A DNA stretch of 64,000 nucleotides from Okamejei kenojei (taxonomy: Eukaryota), in the NCBI GenBank assembly GCA_035221665.1, contig CM069134.1:89714001-89778000 (forward strand). Reading direction: 5' to 3'. Each line of letters opens with the position of its first letter. Within the stretch, counting starts at the first letter, position 1. Both the position numbers and the translations under genes were made by a program. The notes beneath the pieces are model-generated. The model saw nothing but the letters and a program-made list of their open reading frames with translations. It did not search any database and was not told the origin of the DNA. Shown piece by piece: positions 61,205-64,000 of the stretch.

Positions 61205-62815
61205 GTCATAGAGTAATGCACCATAGAAACAGACGCTTTGATTCGACTCATCCATATCAACCAAGATGCCCCACTCTTAAAGAATGAGTTTGGCTCATCC
61301 TTATATAACTATAAAACTCTGATTGTGGATGTGTGTGTATATTTATTTGTTTGTGTGTTTTCACATCTACTCGAAAAAACGACACGCGAGCAGGAAAATG
61401 TTTACATATTCCAGTAGAGATTTTCCCCCTGGAGTCCGAAACCGGCCTATCTAAAAATGTTGCGCTTTATTTCTTTAGTTATTAATAAAAATCTTCACAA
61501 ATCCGATCAAACTTTCAAATCAAAACGCCTGATGACGTGAGAATGGATCTGCCGTCTGCTCGTGCTGCCACTGACGTCACCTCCCACCCCTCCCTCCTCC
61601 CCCCATTATACAAAAGTCGCCCTGTCAACTGAAGACCAAAGATCAAGCTGAGGACTGCGGCACGCACTGTGAGTGAAGAACGAGCAAGTTGGGCCCTGTA
61701 TTAGAGCTCTTGGGTCCGGTCCGTCGCTGCCGAAAAACCTTTGAAAAAAACCCCGCTGCATTCTTGTTCGCGCTGCGAGTGACGTCACCCCCCTGACACT
61801 CCCCCCGTACACGGGCCCTGCCTGCAGCCTGCAGCGAGGATCGGGAACCACCACTCCCCTCTGAGGTTTGCAACCCCCCCCACCCACCCCTCAAACTCTA
61901 CCCCCCTCCCTCTCTGCCCCCCCTCACGCTCCCTCTCTGTCCCCAAAACCCTCCGTGGGGGCAACGGGTACAGGACGGGTCCGTGTCCCTCTCTGTGCCT
62001 CTATGAATCTCACTGTGCCTCTGTGTTCCTCCTTGTGCCTCTATCTATGCCACTGTGCCCCTCTCTGTGCCCTTCTCTATGCCTCTGTGCCCCTCTCGGT
62101 GTCCCTCTCTGTGTCCCTCTGTCTGCCTCTGTGTCCCTCTTTCTCAACCCCCCTCCCTCTCTAGCCGTGCCTGTGCGTTGGGGGCTATGTGTGAGTGGAT
62201 AGGGCGGGGAATGGGGTAAAAGGAGTGAATGAATAATATTAATATATCAATGAGGGTGGTTAGTGTGTGTGAGGGGTTGGTTAATGTGTGTGTGACGCAG
62301 CAGGCCGCCCCCTCCCCCTCAACGGCGCGTTGATGTGACGGGACCCAACGGGTCCCACTTGGTCTAGTATTCCTTTAAATCTCCTATCCGTGTACATGTC
62401 CAAATGAATTTTAAATGTTATAATTTTACCTGCTTCAACTCCTCTGGCAGCCCATTCCATATACCAGCACTTGTGTGAAAAGCTTGCCCCTCGTTCCCAT
62501 CTTATTTAAACCTATGCACTCTTGATTCGCCTATTCTGGAGGCAATAGTCTTGATTCGCCTATTCTGGAGGAAAGACTATGTGCATTTACCCTATCTATC
62601 CTCCTCATGATTTTATATATCTCTATAACATTAATACTCAGCCTCCATGCTCCAAGTAATAAAGTCCCAACCTATCTAACATCTCCCTATAGCTCAGGCC
62701 CTCGAATCCTGGCAGCATCCTCGTAAATTTTCTCTGAACTCTTTCCAGCTCAATGGCATCATTCCTACAGCAGGATGACCAAAACTGAACATAATACTCC
62801 AAGTGTCACCTTGGC
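61205..62815 (-). mobile_element. CR1 3' fragment split by a Helitron
   Basis: 3'UTR at 61205-61297 continues at 62368 (tttggctca|tattcc); antisense LEYYVQFWSS at about 62775-62805. Confidence 0.75.
61298..62367 (+). mobile_element. Complete non-autonomous Helitron (1070 bp)
   Basis: Inserted between A and T with no TSD. 5' TC, 3' CTAG, perfect hairpin gggaccc-aac-gggtccc at 62340-62356 ending 11 nt before the terminus. Confidence 0.85.
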
Positions 62816-63249
62816 AACTAAACTTAACACAATGCTCCAAGTGTGGGCTCAAAATGGCTCTATGTGATTATGTATTTTATTGTAAAGTTGTTCCTGAAGC
62901 CAAGAAATATTGTTTGCCTCCAGGTATTCCAGTGCATTTTACAATAATTTGCACAATTATGAAATGCTGATTTTATCTTGATGAAGGGAGTCTGAGCAGG
63001 TGTATTTGGACGCAGCAGGTTCTTGAAGCCAGTAGTGGGGCAAATGATGAAATTATCTGAATTCAATGCTGTTACTCAAAATATATAATAGCCAGGACAT
63101 TGCTCTTCAAATAATGTTGTTACATCCAATTGCGAGTAGATGGAATCTTGGTTAAAACTCTTATTGTAACATACAGCCCCTCTAGCTATGCAACACTCTT
63201 AATACTGTGTTGTCACACCAGATTATGGAGGAGTCTTAAGTTTTTTAAG

Positions 63250-64000
63250 ACTTGAGCATTTTACTCTCGAACTGGATCCTTGACTTCCTGACCCATCGAC
63301 AACCGTCAATAGGTGACAAAACAGCCTCCAAGATAATTCTCAACACTGGTGCCCTCCGTGGCTGCCTTCTCCACCCCTTACTACACTCCCTCTACTCTCA
63401 AGACTTTGTGGCCAAATTCTGCTGTAAATCAATTTACAAGTTTGCAGATGAATTCTCCATGGTCAGGGCAGATCTCAAATAATGACAAGTCGGAGACCAG
63501 GAAGGAGATTGAGAGCTTCTTAGCATAGTTTCAAGACAACAGCCCCCACCCCCCCCCCCCCCACCCCCCCCCCCCCCCCCCCCCAATGTTAGCAAAAAGG
63601 AGCTTGTCATCAACTTCAGCGACTGGGTGAAGTTCAACAGTACTGAAATAGAGATGGTTGAGAACTTCAAGTTCCTAGGTGTAAATATCACCAATAATTT
63701 GTTCTTGCATTGATGCTACGGTTTAAAAACCCTTCTGCTGCTACTTCCTCAGAAGGCTAAAGAAATTTGGCATGTCTCCAATGATCTTACGCATTGCTAC
63801 AAATGCACCTTAGCAAGCATCCTATCAAGATGCATCACAGCTTGGTATGGCTACTGATGTGCAGAATTTAGAACAGTGCCCAGTCCTCTACTCACTCTAA
63901 GCTCATGACTGTGTAGCCCGAAATAGTGCAAACACCCATTGTCAAGTTTGCCAACGACACCACCGTTGTGGGACGAATTACAGATGGTGATGAGTCAGAG
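63250..64000 (+). mobile_element. Rex1/Babar-type RT fragments (old copy 63250-63880; second copy from about 63885 to the window edge)
   Basis: NWILDFLTHR…ILNTGALRGCLLHPLL…IYKFAD; the second piece reads HDCVARNSAN…VKFANDTTVVGRITDGDESE. Confidence 0.8.

Noticed and set aside
62521-62571. Direct repeat cttgattcgcctattctggagg twice
   Set aside because: Small local duplication within an old CR1 fragment; no sign of function.

Overview
Vertebrate nuclear DNA, most likely a cartilaginous fish. That assignment is an inference from the mix of esterase-ORF1 CR1 LINEs, V-SINE/HE1-type SINEs, Penelope-like fragments and Rex1-type LINEs. The only host coding sequence I can support is two consecutive small exons of the P4-ATPase flippase ATP9B on the + strand (3320-3414 and 57647-57727), separated by a 54.2 kb GT-AG intron; the ORF track misses both. 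The rest is intronic. It holds CR1 LINEs (one apparent chimera of two subfamilies, one near full-length copy), two Tc1 transposons, a hAT-like element, Harbinger-type MITEs, non-autonomous Helitrons, two copies of a solo-LTR-like repeat, an internally deleted Gypsy element with a tRNA-Trp PBS, Penelope-like fragments, short elements carrying minimal hammerhead-ribozyme-like cores, and a GC-rich non-autonomous retro-element family with covarying hairpins. AT-rich, repeat-poor blocks lie between these and are candidate conserved enhancers. I do not see a clearly new protein-coding system. The best leads are the hammerhead-like short elements, the structured GC-rich family, the chimeric CR1 and the candidate enhancers. 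Boundaries of old repeats are approximate, and family names rest on motif recognition, not a database search.
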